Positions 18,116-30,100 of a stretch of 64,000 nucleotides of DNA are shown in pieces. The translations under genes were made by a program, and so were the position numbers. The stretch spans positions 7,643 to 71,642 of the forward strand of contig CAYPBJ010000006.1 of the NCBI GenBank assembly GCA_964408945.1, written 5' to 3'. The stretch comes from an uncultured Rhizobium sp. (GTDB taxonomy: Bacteria; Bacteroidota; Bacteroidia; NS11-12g; UBA955). The stretch's first letter is position 1. Each line of letters starts with the position of its first letter. The notes under the pieces are model-generated. The model was not told where the DNA came from and searched no databases. It saw only the letters and a program-made list of their open reading frames with translations.

Positions 18116-21100
18116 TTGCTTCTTGTTCAACGTAAAATAAACGTGAATTTCATAAAAAATAAATACCATAGTCTCAATATTGTCCGGAATATTGGTTTGA
18201 TGCTGTTAATGCTGTTTTTGAATTCAGCATTTGTAGCATTTGTGAAAGCTGGAAATAACGGTAATATAAACTCAATTAGGAATACATTTTCAGCTGAAAA
18301 AGGAGAGTTGTTACATGGTTTTGGACCCACTTGCAGCAATACTACTGGGAATATTACTACATCTGTTTGTGGTAGTTATACCGCACCCAGTGGGAAATAT
18401 ATTTGGTCGACTAGTGGTACTTATAACGACACCATACTCAATGCGGCTGGCTGCGATAGTATTATTACTGTTAACTTAACCATTCTAGTTAAGCCCACTG
18501 CTGATTTCACGGTAAACGATACTAACCAATGTTTGGTTCTTCATAGCTTTGATTTCACCAATGCCTCTAGTTCAAACATTGCCAACGCGGCATTAACATA
18601 TGCTTGGGATTTTGGGGATACTACCATCAGTTCAACTGAGAATCCAAGTAAGTCATACAACACACCGGGTCGCAGAACAGTATCATTGATTGTCACCAAT
18701 GCGGATGGATGTAAAGATACTTCAAGCTTGACGGTTGCCGCATCTCCAAATCCGGCGGTGCAGTTTACCATCAACGATGATAGCCAATGTGAGAACAGTA
18801 ATTCATTCGTATTCAGCAATTCGTCAACAGTAAATTTAGGAAACACTTTGTCGTATTTGTGGAGGTTCCCCGATGGAAATACTTCTACGAATACCAATGT
18901 TACCAAACCTATCATTTTGGCAGACGGAAGCTACAGTGTTAAACTGATTGCAACCTCATCTTCAGGATGTAAAGATTCTTCAAGCAACAACATTACGCTT
19001 CATGCCAAGCCATTGGCAAAGATTTTCAATACTAGTTTGGATTCATGTTTGAACAGTTCTTGGTCTTTCAAAGCAGATGATTTAAATGCGGCTACATTCA
19101 ATTCTGTTGAATGGGTTTTCCCAGGATCAACCAATACTGCAGATTCTTTAGTGAATCATACCTTCGCATCCAATGGAAGCAATGCGGTAGAAGTTAGGAT
19201 TTCAAATGCTAATTCGTGTTTTGATACGACAAGCATCAGTGTAAACGTCTATAAAAATCCGGTTGCGACGTTCACGGTAAACGATACTAACCAATGTTTG
19301 GTTCTTCATAGCTTTGATTTCACCAATGCCTCTAGTTCAAACATTGCCAACGCGGCATTAACATATGCTTGGGATTTTGGGGATACTACCATCAGTTCAA
19401 CTGAGAATCCAAGTAAGTCATACAACACACCGGGTCGCAGAACAGTATCATTGATTGTCACCAATGCGGATGGATGTAAAGATACTTCAAGCTTGACGGT
19501 TGCCGCATCTCCAAATCCGGCGGTGCAGTTTACCATCAACGATGATAGCCAATGTGAGAACAGTAATTCATTCGTATTCAGCAATTCGTCAACAGTAAAT
19601 TTAGGAAACACTTTGTCGTATTTGTGGAGGTTCCCCGATGGAAATACTTCTACGAATACCAATGTTACCAAACCTATCATTTTGGCAGACGGAAGCTACA
19701 GTGTTAAACTGATTGCAACCTCATCTTCAGGATGTAAAGATTCTTCAAGCAACAACATTACGCTTCATGCCAAGCCATTGGCAAAGATTTTCAATACTAG
19801 TTTGGATTCATGTTTGAACAGTTCTTGGTCTTTCAAAGCAGATGATTTAAATGCGGCTACATTCAATTCTGTTGAATGGGTTTTCCCAGGATCAACCAAT
19901 ACTGCAGATTCTTTAGTGAATCATACCTTCGCATCCAATGGAAGCAATGCGGTAGAAGTTAGGATTTCAAATGCTAATTCGTGTTTTGATACGACAAGCA
20001 TCAGTGTAAACGTCTATAAAAATCCGGTTGCGACGTTCACGGTAAACGATACCAACCAATGTTTGGTTGGTAATAAGTTTGATTACAGTAATTCGTCAAT
20101 TTCCAATTTGACCAATGCATCCTTAAGTTATGATTGGAATTTTGGGGATGGAGTTTCAAGCAATTCTGAGAATCCAACTAAAACCTATACTTCTGCTCAG
20201 AGCCGGATGGTGTCACTCATAATTAGTAATGTTGTGGGTTGCCGCGACACAAGCTCATTGCCAGCAACAACCACGGAAAATCCCATAGCTGATTTCACGG
20301 TAAACGACACCAACCAATGTTTGTGGCTTCAAAGTTTTGATTTTACGAATGCTTCGAGTTCAAACATTGCCAACACGGCATTAACATTTGCTTGGAATTT
20401 TGGTGATACTACCAACAGTTCATCTGAGAATCCAAGTAAATCATACAACACACCGGGTCGCAGAACAGTATCATTGATTGTTACCAATGCAGATGGGTGT
20501 AAAGATACCGCGGCTGAAGTTGTTTATGCGGTACCCATGCCGGTATCTATCACAACCATCAACGATGCCACTCAATGTGACAATAAGAATGAATTCATAT
20601 TGGAGTCGGTTAGCACGGTTCCATCTGGAGCAGGCAGCATAACAAGCTCAGACTGGAATTACGGCGATGCAACTACAGGATCGGGCGACTCAGTTGCTCA
20701 TAGTTACACTAACACAGTAGGGGTTGTAACGGTTGTTCATACAGTAACCACTTCTTATGGTTGCCAAGACACGAGTCAAATCAAGTTGACGGTTTTGCAA
20801 GGTCCGACAGCACGCTTTACTATTGATACAGTAAACAATTGTTTGCGGGGTAATGAGTTTGGATTAACCGAGAATTCCTTGGTGGGAAATGCCAGCAAAA
20901 AAGAATTTACCTGGAGCATAACAGAAAAGACTACACAAGTAAAAACCACTTCAGCTAGGTACACAGAATCCTTCAATAGCGTAGGTGTAAAAACCATCAA
21001 AATGTTGGTGGAAGACAACAACGGGTGTTTGGATTCAATAACCAAGACTTTGGAAGTTCATATTCACCCCACGGCAACATTCAGCGTGAACGATACGGCT

Positions 21101-24100
21101 CAGTGTTTAAAGGGGAATTCATTTGTACTTAGCAGCAGTTCAAGTTCGAATGTCACCAACGCTGCATTGACTTATAACTGGGATTTCAAAGACGGTAGCA
21201 ACAGCAGCTCAGCAAATCCAAGCAAAACATATGCTAGTTCAGGCCGCAGAGAGGTTAAATTGATTGTTACCAACGACAAGGGATGTAGCGATACGACAGT
21301 TGGAATAGCGAATAGTTATCAAGATCCAAATGTAAAATATACCATTGATGATTCTACTCAATGTTTTGATACACATAAATATAGATTTACAAACAATACT
21401 CAGAATTTCGCATCCAACATTAATTACACGTGGTATTTTGGCGATTCAAGCACCTCCACAGCGTTTAATGCCGTAAAAGTTTACAGTTTCACTGGTAGAA
21501 AAGAAGTCAGCTTGATTGGCGTTGATTCGAGAGGCTGTAGAGATACTTTTACGGAGAAATTATACACGGTGCCAATGCCTAAAGCGGCTTCAACTGTGAA
21601 TGATGGAGATCAATGCGATAACAGTAATCTATTCATTTTAAAAACAGCGAGCACGGTTCCAACAGGTGCTGGTAATCTGTCATCTGCATGGAACTTTGGA
21701 AATGGCGCCACGGCCACCGGGGATTCAGTTAGTTACCATTATTCTTCCTTAACAGGTGCTGTTACAGTAGTTCATACAGTGACAAGTTCATATGGTTGCT
21801 CTGATACCAATCAAGTTAAACTAAAGGTGTTCAACGGACTAGTAGCTAAATTCACCATTGATACTGTAAACAATTGTTTGAGAGGAAACACCTTTGGATT
21901 TACTGAAAATTCAACGGTGGGGGATGCAAATAAAAAGTCGTTTTCATGGAGTTTTGATGGCTTTTCTCCGCTTTCTCGTTTGAATTCTAACCGTTTTACC
22001 CAAGGATTCTTAACTGCTGGGTCTCAAAATATTAAGCTTTTGGTTGAAGACAATAATGGATGTAAGGATTCAATTACAAAATCTGTTATAGTTCAAAATC
22101 ACCCTTTAGCTTTGATTTCAAAAATTGGAACTGACTCATGTCAAGACATCGCTTCTAAATTTAAAGTTGTTGATTTAAAGGCTCCCAAGCCAATCAGCGT
22201 TAGTTGGCTGTTTAGCGATAATCAAACCTTCACTGATTCAATAATCACTGTCAATTTTGCTTCTGATGGACAAAAATCTGCTAGGGCGATTGTTACTAAT
22301 TCTGTTGGATGTAAAGACACTGCGAATAAGGTGTTCAATGTCTATAAAAATCCTGTAGCTAACTTTAATTTTACAGATTCGGCGGTTTGTTTGCGAGGTA
22401 ATGAAGTTGAAATCAATCAAACAACGGCAAATACTCATGGGTCATTAAGCTCTGTTTCTTGGAATTTTGGAGATGGAAGTCCTACAACACTAAACAATGC
22501 ATCAAGTTTAAAAAAGACCTATTTAACAGCTGGAACATATACTGTTAAAATGATTTATACCAATTCTTTGGGCTGTGGCGATACCTTAACCAAGTCAGTT
22601 ACAATATTGCCCATGCCTAAAGCTCAATTTGTTTGGGTAGACAGCTTGCAATGTAGAACTGGCAACGGATTTACGGTTGTAAATCAGAGTAAATCAAATG
22701 TTTTAGGTCATTCATTGAGTTATTCATGGAATTTTGGCGATTCAACCGCTTCCACTTTGAATTCGCCCTCATTATCTTATGCATATGATGGAACCAAATT
22801 GGTTAGATTGGCTGTAAACTCTTCCGAAGGATGTAAAGATACTTTCACTTCGCAGGTAGTAGTTTACCCTCAACCTATTGTAGGCTTCACGATCAACGAT
22901 GTTGACCAATGTGTAAACAATGACGTATTCACATTCAATGACACCTCAAAGGTTAGGGCTGGCGGTGGAACATTGAGCAGACTTTGGAATTTAGCAGATG
23001 CAGGAACGGCTGCATCTTTGGCAGTTTCTAAATCTTATTCAAGCAGCGGAAATAGGAATATCAAATTGGTAGTAACCACATCGAATGGATGTAAAGATTC
23101 GGTAACCAAGGGTATCACGGTTTTTGCTAAGCCAGAAACGCGTTTTGCTAAGTTGAACCCAGATTCATGTTTGAACACAACTTGGAACTTCAGAGTAAGA
23201 GATGCCATAAGCACAACCATGACCAGCGTTGCCTGGACAATCTCGGGTAGTTCAACATATACTGACTCCTTGATCCAACACAATTTCACTTCAAACGGAA
23301 CTCATAGCATTGGACTGATTATTGGTAACTCAAATGGATGTTTTGATACTACTTCACGCCAGGTTCGGGTATTTAGAAATCCAGTGGCTTCATATAGCGT
23401 AGATGATAGCGCCCAGTGTTTTGCGGTGAACTATTTCAAATTCAATGTGGGCAGTACATCTCCCAACGGGTTGACATTGAGACACAGTTGGGACTTTGGA
23501 GATACATCGGGTTCAAGTGCATTGAAGCCGGTAAAGGTTTATGCAAGCATTGGACGCAGATCGGTTTACTTGAAGAGTACTGATACTAGAGGTTGTGCGG
23601 ATTCTTTCAGACAAGATATTTACGTTGCTCCTTATCCGGTATCAAACTTTACGATCAACGACTCAGTTCAGTGTGAGAACCACAACGTTTATGTTTTTGA
23701 AGATGTCAGTACAATTTTGAATGGCGGCGGAAGCTTGAGTTCACAATGGATTTATGGAGACAATGCACCAACGGCAAGCGGTGATTCAGTATCTCACAAC
23801 TACGCTACCAAAACAGGATACATCAAAGTAGAACACAAGAGCATCAGCAGCTACGGATGTAGAGACAGCAGCATCCAAACAGTTCACGTAAGAAAAGGAC
23901 CTGACGCAGCAATAGGCTTAGACACGGTATTGTACTGTATCAGAGGAAATGAATTTGGAGCTACGGATTTGACTAAAAAAGGCGAGGGTAACAAGACTCA
24001 ATTCACTTGGAATTGGGGCGATGGCAACGTTGATGTAAAATCAACGCCATCAATGTTTACACATAGTTATGCAAGTATAGGAACCTACACCATCAAGTTG

Positions 24101-27100
24101 TTGGTGGAAGACCAATATTCATGTATAGACTCCATCAGCAAGACAACCACGGTTCACCCGAACCCAACAGCACAGTTTGCCATAGTAGATAGTTTGCAGT
24201 GCTTCAATGCCAATAGCTTCTCTTTTGTAAATCAAAGTAACTCGAACACGGGTAATTCAACATTGACTTATGCATGGACATTTGGTGACGGCGGTAGCAG
24301 TACAGCAGTGTCTCCAACTCATTCATACACAACCTTCGGACCGAGAGATTTGCAATTGCAGGTGTCGAACGTATTTGGATGTAGAGATACCTTTGATTCC
24401 AAGGCAAGGGTTTATTCATTACCAACAGTAAAATTCACTGTCAATGATTCCACCCAATGTGAGAACAATCAGTTGTATAAATTCCAAGATTTATCGAGCA
24501 TTGCCTCCACCGAAGGAACCATCAGCAGAGCCTGGAATTTAGGCGATGGAAGTACATCGAGCGATGCTACCATCAACTACAAGTATGTTGGCCACGACAC
24601 CGTAAGTGTGAAATTGGTTCAAACCAGCAGTTTTGGATGTAAGGATTCTTTGAGCAAGAGGGTTGAGATTTTGAGAAAACCCCAAATCAGATTTGCAAAA
24701 ATTGGGGCAGACTCTTGCAGAAATACACCATCGAAATTCAAGGCATGGGATACTGACGTAGCAAAACCTTTGAGCGTAAGTTGGTTGTTTAGCGATAATC
24801 AGACCTTCAATGATTCAATCATTACAGCATCGTTTGCCGTAGAAGGGCAGAAGTCGTTGAGAGTGATTGTGGGCAATTCCAATGGTTGTACCGATACCAT
24901 AAACAGAATATTCAATGTGTATGAGAATCCGCACGCAGGGTTCTTCATCACTGATTCAGCGTTGTGTTTTAGGGGCAATGAGTTTGAGTACAATGACACA
25001 ACAAGCATCAACAACGGAACGGTATCGCAATTGATTTGGGATTTTGGGGATGGAAAATCACAAACAAAATCTACCAATGCGGCGGTTTACAACCGATATG
25101 CAGATACGGGCAATTACACGGTGAAGTTGAGAATCACCAACAGTTTAGGTTGCGGAGATACGATTACCAGAAAATTAAGGGTATTGCCACAGCCCAAAGC
25201 GGTCTTCGCTCATGCAGATAGTTTGCAATGTCGTACCAACAACAGTTTTGCGTTCAACAACAAGAGCGTTTCAAACTCACCGACAACGTCGTTGACGTAT
25301 GATTGGAGGTTTGGAGACAGCACCACATCTACATCAGCAAGTCCGGTGAAATCATACGTCTACGATGGAGTTAAAAACTTAACCCTGTACGTAGAAAATG
25401 GCGAGGGTTGTAGAGATACATTTACTTCAAAATTGGAGGTTTACCCACAAACAGTAGTTGATTTTGCAATCAATGATGTTGATCAGTGTGAGAACAACAA
25501 CTTGTTCCAATTTACAGGCAACTCAACAACAGGCGTTCGTGGAGGATATTTATATTCAAATTGGAAATTCGGAGATGGTGGTAAAGACACATCTCGAAAC
25601 ACCAATCATAGATATTCAGCACATGCCAATCACCAGGTAAAGTTAGTAATCACTACTTTCTACGGCTGTAAGGACAGTATTTCCAAACCAATCACGGTAT
25701 TTAAGAAGCCAACGGGTTTGTATACTAAGATCACCAAAGATTCTTGCTTGAACAATTCTCATACCTTCAAAGTGGATGATTTAGATGCTGCTACAATGAC
25801 GTCGGTTTTGTGGAAGTTTAACGATGGTAGTAATTATACAGACTCCATCATTACTCGAAACTTTGCTTTGGATGGACAAAAATCTGCATCTTTATTTATT
25901 CAGAATTCAAATGGTTGTATAGATTCATTGTATCCTAAGTTTAATATCTACGATAATCCCGTAGCTAATTACGTTAGAAAAGACACTTTCTTGTGTTTGG
26001 AAGGAAATAATTTTGAATTAACAAGTACAGCTACGTCAAAATATGGAACCATCAACCAATATAAGTGGGAATTTGGTGACGGCTTGACGGCTTCCAGCAA
26101 AAGCAGTATTCATAAATACACGGATTCAGGTTATTATGATATAACGTATAGGGTTGTAAATAGCTTGGGTTGTGGAGATAGCATCACAAAAGTGGTGCGG
26201 GTAAATCCAAATCCAAGGGTACATTTCAATGCAGATTTGTACCAACAGTGCTGGCACAGCAATGTGACTCAGTTTACAGATAGTAGTGAATCTAATTTGG
26301 TGGGCAGGCCATCGTTGGTGTACGCATGGAGTTTTGGCGATAGTTTAACATCCGCGTCAGCGAATCCCCAGAAAACATATCAATGGTATGGCGTAAAAAC
26401 CATACAGTTGATTGCTACGAATGATGCAGGTTGTTCAGATACGGTGAAACGAAGTGTTGAGATTAAGCCTGAACCCTTTGCTAAGTTTAAAATTGACAAC
26501 TCAGCGCAGTGTGTTAATAATAATAAATTCAACTTCTTGGATACTACTTTGACACGTCAGAGGGGTGGAACGCATACGGTGAATTGGAAATTTGCCGATG
26601 GAGATACCAGCAGTTTGAAGTCATTCTCACGTACTAAAAAACAAGTTGGCACACTTGGTTTGAAGATGATTGCTACAAGTGAATTTGGATGCCAAGATAG
26701 TATTGAAAAGACAATCAGGGTATTTGCAAAACCACAGGCAGTGGTTAAGTATTTGAGTCAAGATTCTTGTTTGAGCACTACAGCAAGATTACAAGCGGTA
26801 AACGCAGCTGGCAATGGAATCAGAACGGCAAGATGGAGTTATGATGACGGAACGGGCTCTACAGGGGTAAATGTGACCAAGAAATACACTCAGACAGGCA
26901 GTCGTAAAGTGATTTTGAATTTGGAGAATACCAACTATTGTCGAGATACGGTTGAATTTAAGTATACAGTTAGGGCAAATCCGAAGAGTTATTTTGTTGC
27001 ATCGAAGTATTCTTTGTGTGAAAGAGGTAATTTGGTGGTATTTAAGGATTCATCGAAAGCTACTGAAGGGCAAATTGACAGTTTGGTTTGGGATTTCAAC

Positions 27101-30100
27101 AACGGAGTGAGAGTAGGTAAGACAGGAAAAGATACTGCACTTTATTCTTTTGGAGTAGCCCGTGTTTATACAGTTAAGCAAGTTTCTGTGAATTCATTCG
27201 GATGTCAAGATTCTTCTACTCAAAAGGTTACTATTTTAGCAAATCCAGATGCTGACTTTGACATTGATCAAAGCTCACAATGTTTATCTGGAAATGCATT
27301 TACGTTCACAAACAACACCAATCCTAATAACGGAAATTCTGCCATGAGTTTCTTCTGGAATTTTGGTGATAGCACCAATAGCTCATCCAAAAATCCGAAG
27401 AAAACATATTCATTTGATGGCACTAAGGCCATACGGTTGATTGCCTCTAACAGCGATGGTTGTTTGGATACCATTGACAAGTCTGTATTGGTTCGTCCGC
27501 AGCCCAAAGCAAAGTTTGCTATCAATACAGTGAATCAATGTGTAAATGCACAGTCCTATACATTTACTGATCAATCAACAGTTAAGAGTGGAGGGGGAAG
27601 TTTGTCAAGAGTTTGGAATTTGGGTGATGGATCAGTGTCAAATCAAACAATAGTAAATGGAGTTAATTACAAGTCAGCCGGTTTGTATATTGTTAAATTG
27701 ACTTCGAGAACTACATTCAATTGTATTGATACAGTGGTTCAGCAAATTAGGGTATTCCCTAAACCAACGGTCGCATTCACGGTAAATCAAGATACCCAAT
27801 GTTTGGTTGGTAATTCATACAGTTTCAACAATACCTCGAATATTGCAACAGGTGGTGGTACATTATCATATGCTTGGACTTTTGGTAATGGAACAAACAG
27901 TAATAACACACATCCTACATTGGGTTATAACCAATACGGAAGCTATGTAGTTGAATTAAAAGCTACTTCATCTAATGGATGTGCAGAAACCTTGAAGAAG
28001 AATGTTACTGTTGTGGCAAATCCCGCGGTTAATTTTGCATTTACAACATCAGATAAGCAATGTAACAGTGTAGATAATTTCAAAATGACCAATCAAACAA
28101 ATCTCTTGAATGGTCGTTCTGCAAAATACACATGGAACTATGGTGACAATACAAGTTCTTCTGCGGTGAATGGTACACATTCGTATTCTCAAGAGGGTAA
28201 TTATACAGTTAAATTATTGGCATTGAATTCGAATGGGTGTAGAGATAGTATTTCTAAGACTTTGACCGTTTATGCTGATCCAATTGCCGATTTCAGTATA
28301 AATCAGGCGGGCCAATGTATCAATGATCAATTATTTGACTTTAAGAATAATTCTTCGGTAGCATTTGGTGGTGGCACTTTAAGCCAAATTTGGAAGAGCA
28401 ATGATTCTGTAATTTCTACAGTTCAGAATATTACAGCCACGTTTAAGGAGGTTAAGACCTATTCCATTAAGTTGGTTAGTATTTCTTCTTTGGGATGTAA
28501 AGATTCTGTAATCAAGAATATTGTAGTTTATCCTAAACCTCAAGCTGATTTTGCCATCAATAATTCTCAACAGTGCCTACAAAACAACAGGTTTGATTAT
28601 ACCAACAACAGTAAAATTAGTTCCGGAAGTTTGAAGTACGTTTGGTCATATGGCGATACGAGTGGATCTACAACGGTAAGTCCTACAAAGAACTATTCTG
28701 CTTACGGCAGTTATAAAGTGCAGCTCATGTCAATTTCTGGATTTGGTTGTAAAGATTCAATTGCTAAAACCGTTAAAGTTCATTCGCAGCCAACGGTTCA
28801 GTTTAGTTTGTCTGATACTTCATCTTGCTTATACCAAAATCAATTTAGTTTTACCAATCAAAGCAATAACGCCGATGGATCTACTTTAAATCATACATGG
28901 TTGTTTAGCGATGGTTCTTCGCAAAACTCTTTGAATTCTGTCAAGTCTTTCTCAAATTCAGGTCGTTATTTGGTTAAACTGAGATCGCAATCGAGTTTTG
29001 GGTGCAGAGATAGTTTGGTTAAATGGGTGAGGGTTTATCCACAGCCGTTGCCATCCTTTAATTTGGTGAAGGCCAATCAATGTTTGAACAACAATGCATT
29101 TGAAGTCCAAAATGCAACAACCGTTGCAACTGAGGGTGGGACATTGAGCTATGTTTGGGATTTTGGAAATGGAAGTTCTTCAACCAGTAAAAATCCTAAG
29201 TGGAGCTTTGGCAAAGCAGATACCTACACGGTTTTCATGACTGTAAGAAGTTCGTTCAATTGTATCGACAGTTTGAAAAAAGTGGCAGTGGTTCATCCTG
29301 AGCCCACCGTTGATTTCAATTTTGTGAAATCTGGATTACAAACTGCCGGTGATACCATTCAATGTTTGAATACGAACCTATTCCAATTGAACAATCTGGC
29401 TAACGTAAGTTCTGGTACTTTGACACATCAATGGAGTTTCGGAAACGGACAAAGTTCAGTGGGATTGAGTCCGCAGATTAAATACAATTCTGATGGCAAA
29501 TACAGAATTAGGTTAATTTCTGTAACCAATTTTGGTTGTAGGGATTCTTCCTTTGAGACGGTATCTGTTTACCCTGATCCAGATGCAGATTTTAATATCA
29601 ACGATGTGGATCAGTGTTTCCGTGGACATGAATTTCTGCTAACGAATTCATCGAAAATAAAATCTGGTTCAATGAGTTATGATTGGTCATTAGGCGATGG
29701 GTTAGTTTCAACAGCTACCAGTGTACGTAAAACATATAATCAGTTTGGCCAATATTCTGTGAAATTATTTGTAAGTAGCAATAAAGGTTGTAGAGATTCT
29801 GTAATTAAGACGGTTAGAGTTTATGCTCAGCCAAAGGCTGCTTTTGTGACCAATGATTCTATTCAGTGTTTCAATAACAACGATTATATCTTTGAAAATA
29901 AGTCGAGCATCGGATTTGGAAGCTTATTTAGCTTATGGAGTTTTGGAGATGCGAATTTTTCAACTGCACAGTTAGGCCGACATGAATATAAAAAGGCGGG
30001 TAACTATACTGTTCAATTGATTTCTTCCTCTGCATTTGGATGTGCTGATACATTTATAAATAGTGTGAAGGTTACCGAGATTCCTAAAATTTCCTTCACC

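Noticed and set aside
18541-19680. Two identical 124-aa ORFs on the minus strand (18541..18915 and 19306..19680) that could look like a duplicated small gene.
   Set aside because: They lie antisense inside the giant PKD gene, exactly one 765-bp repeat unit apart. They are shadow ORFs produced by the tandem duplication, with no independent coding evidence.
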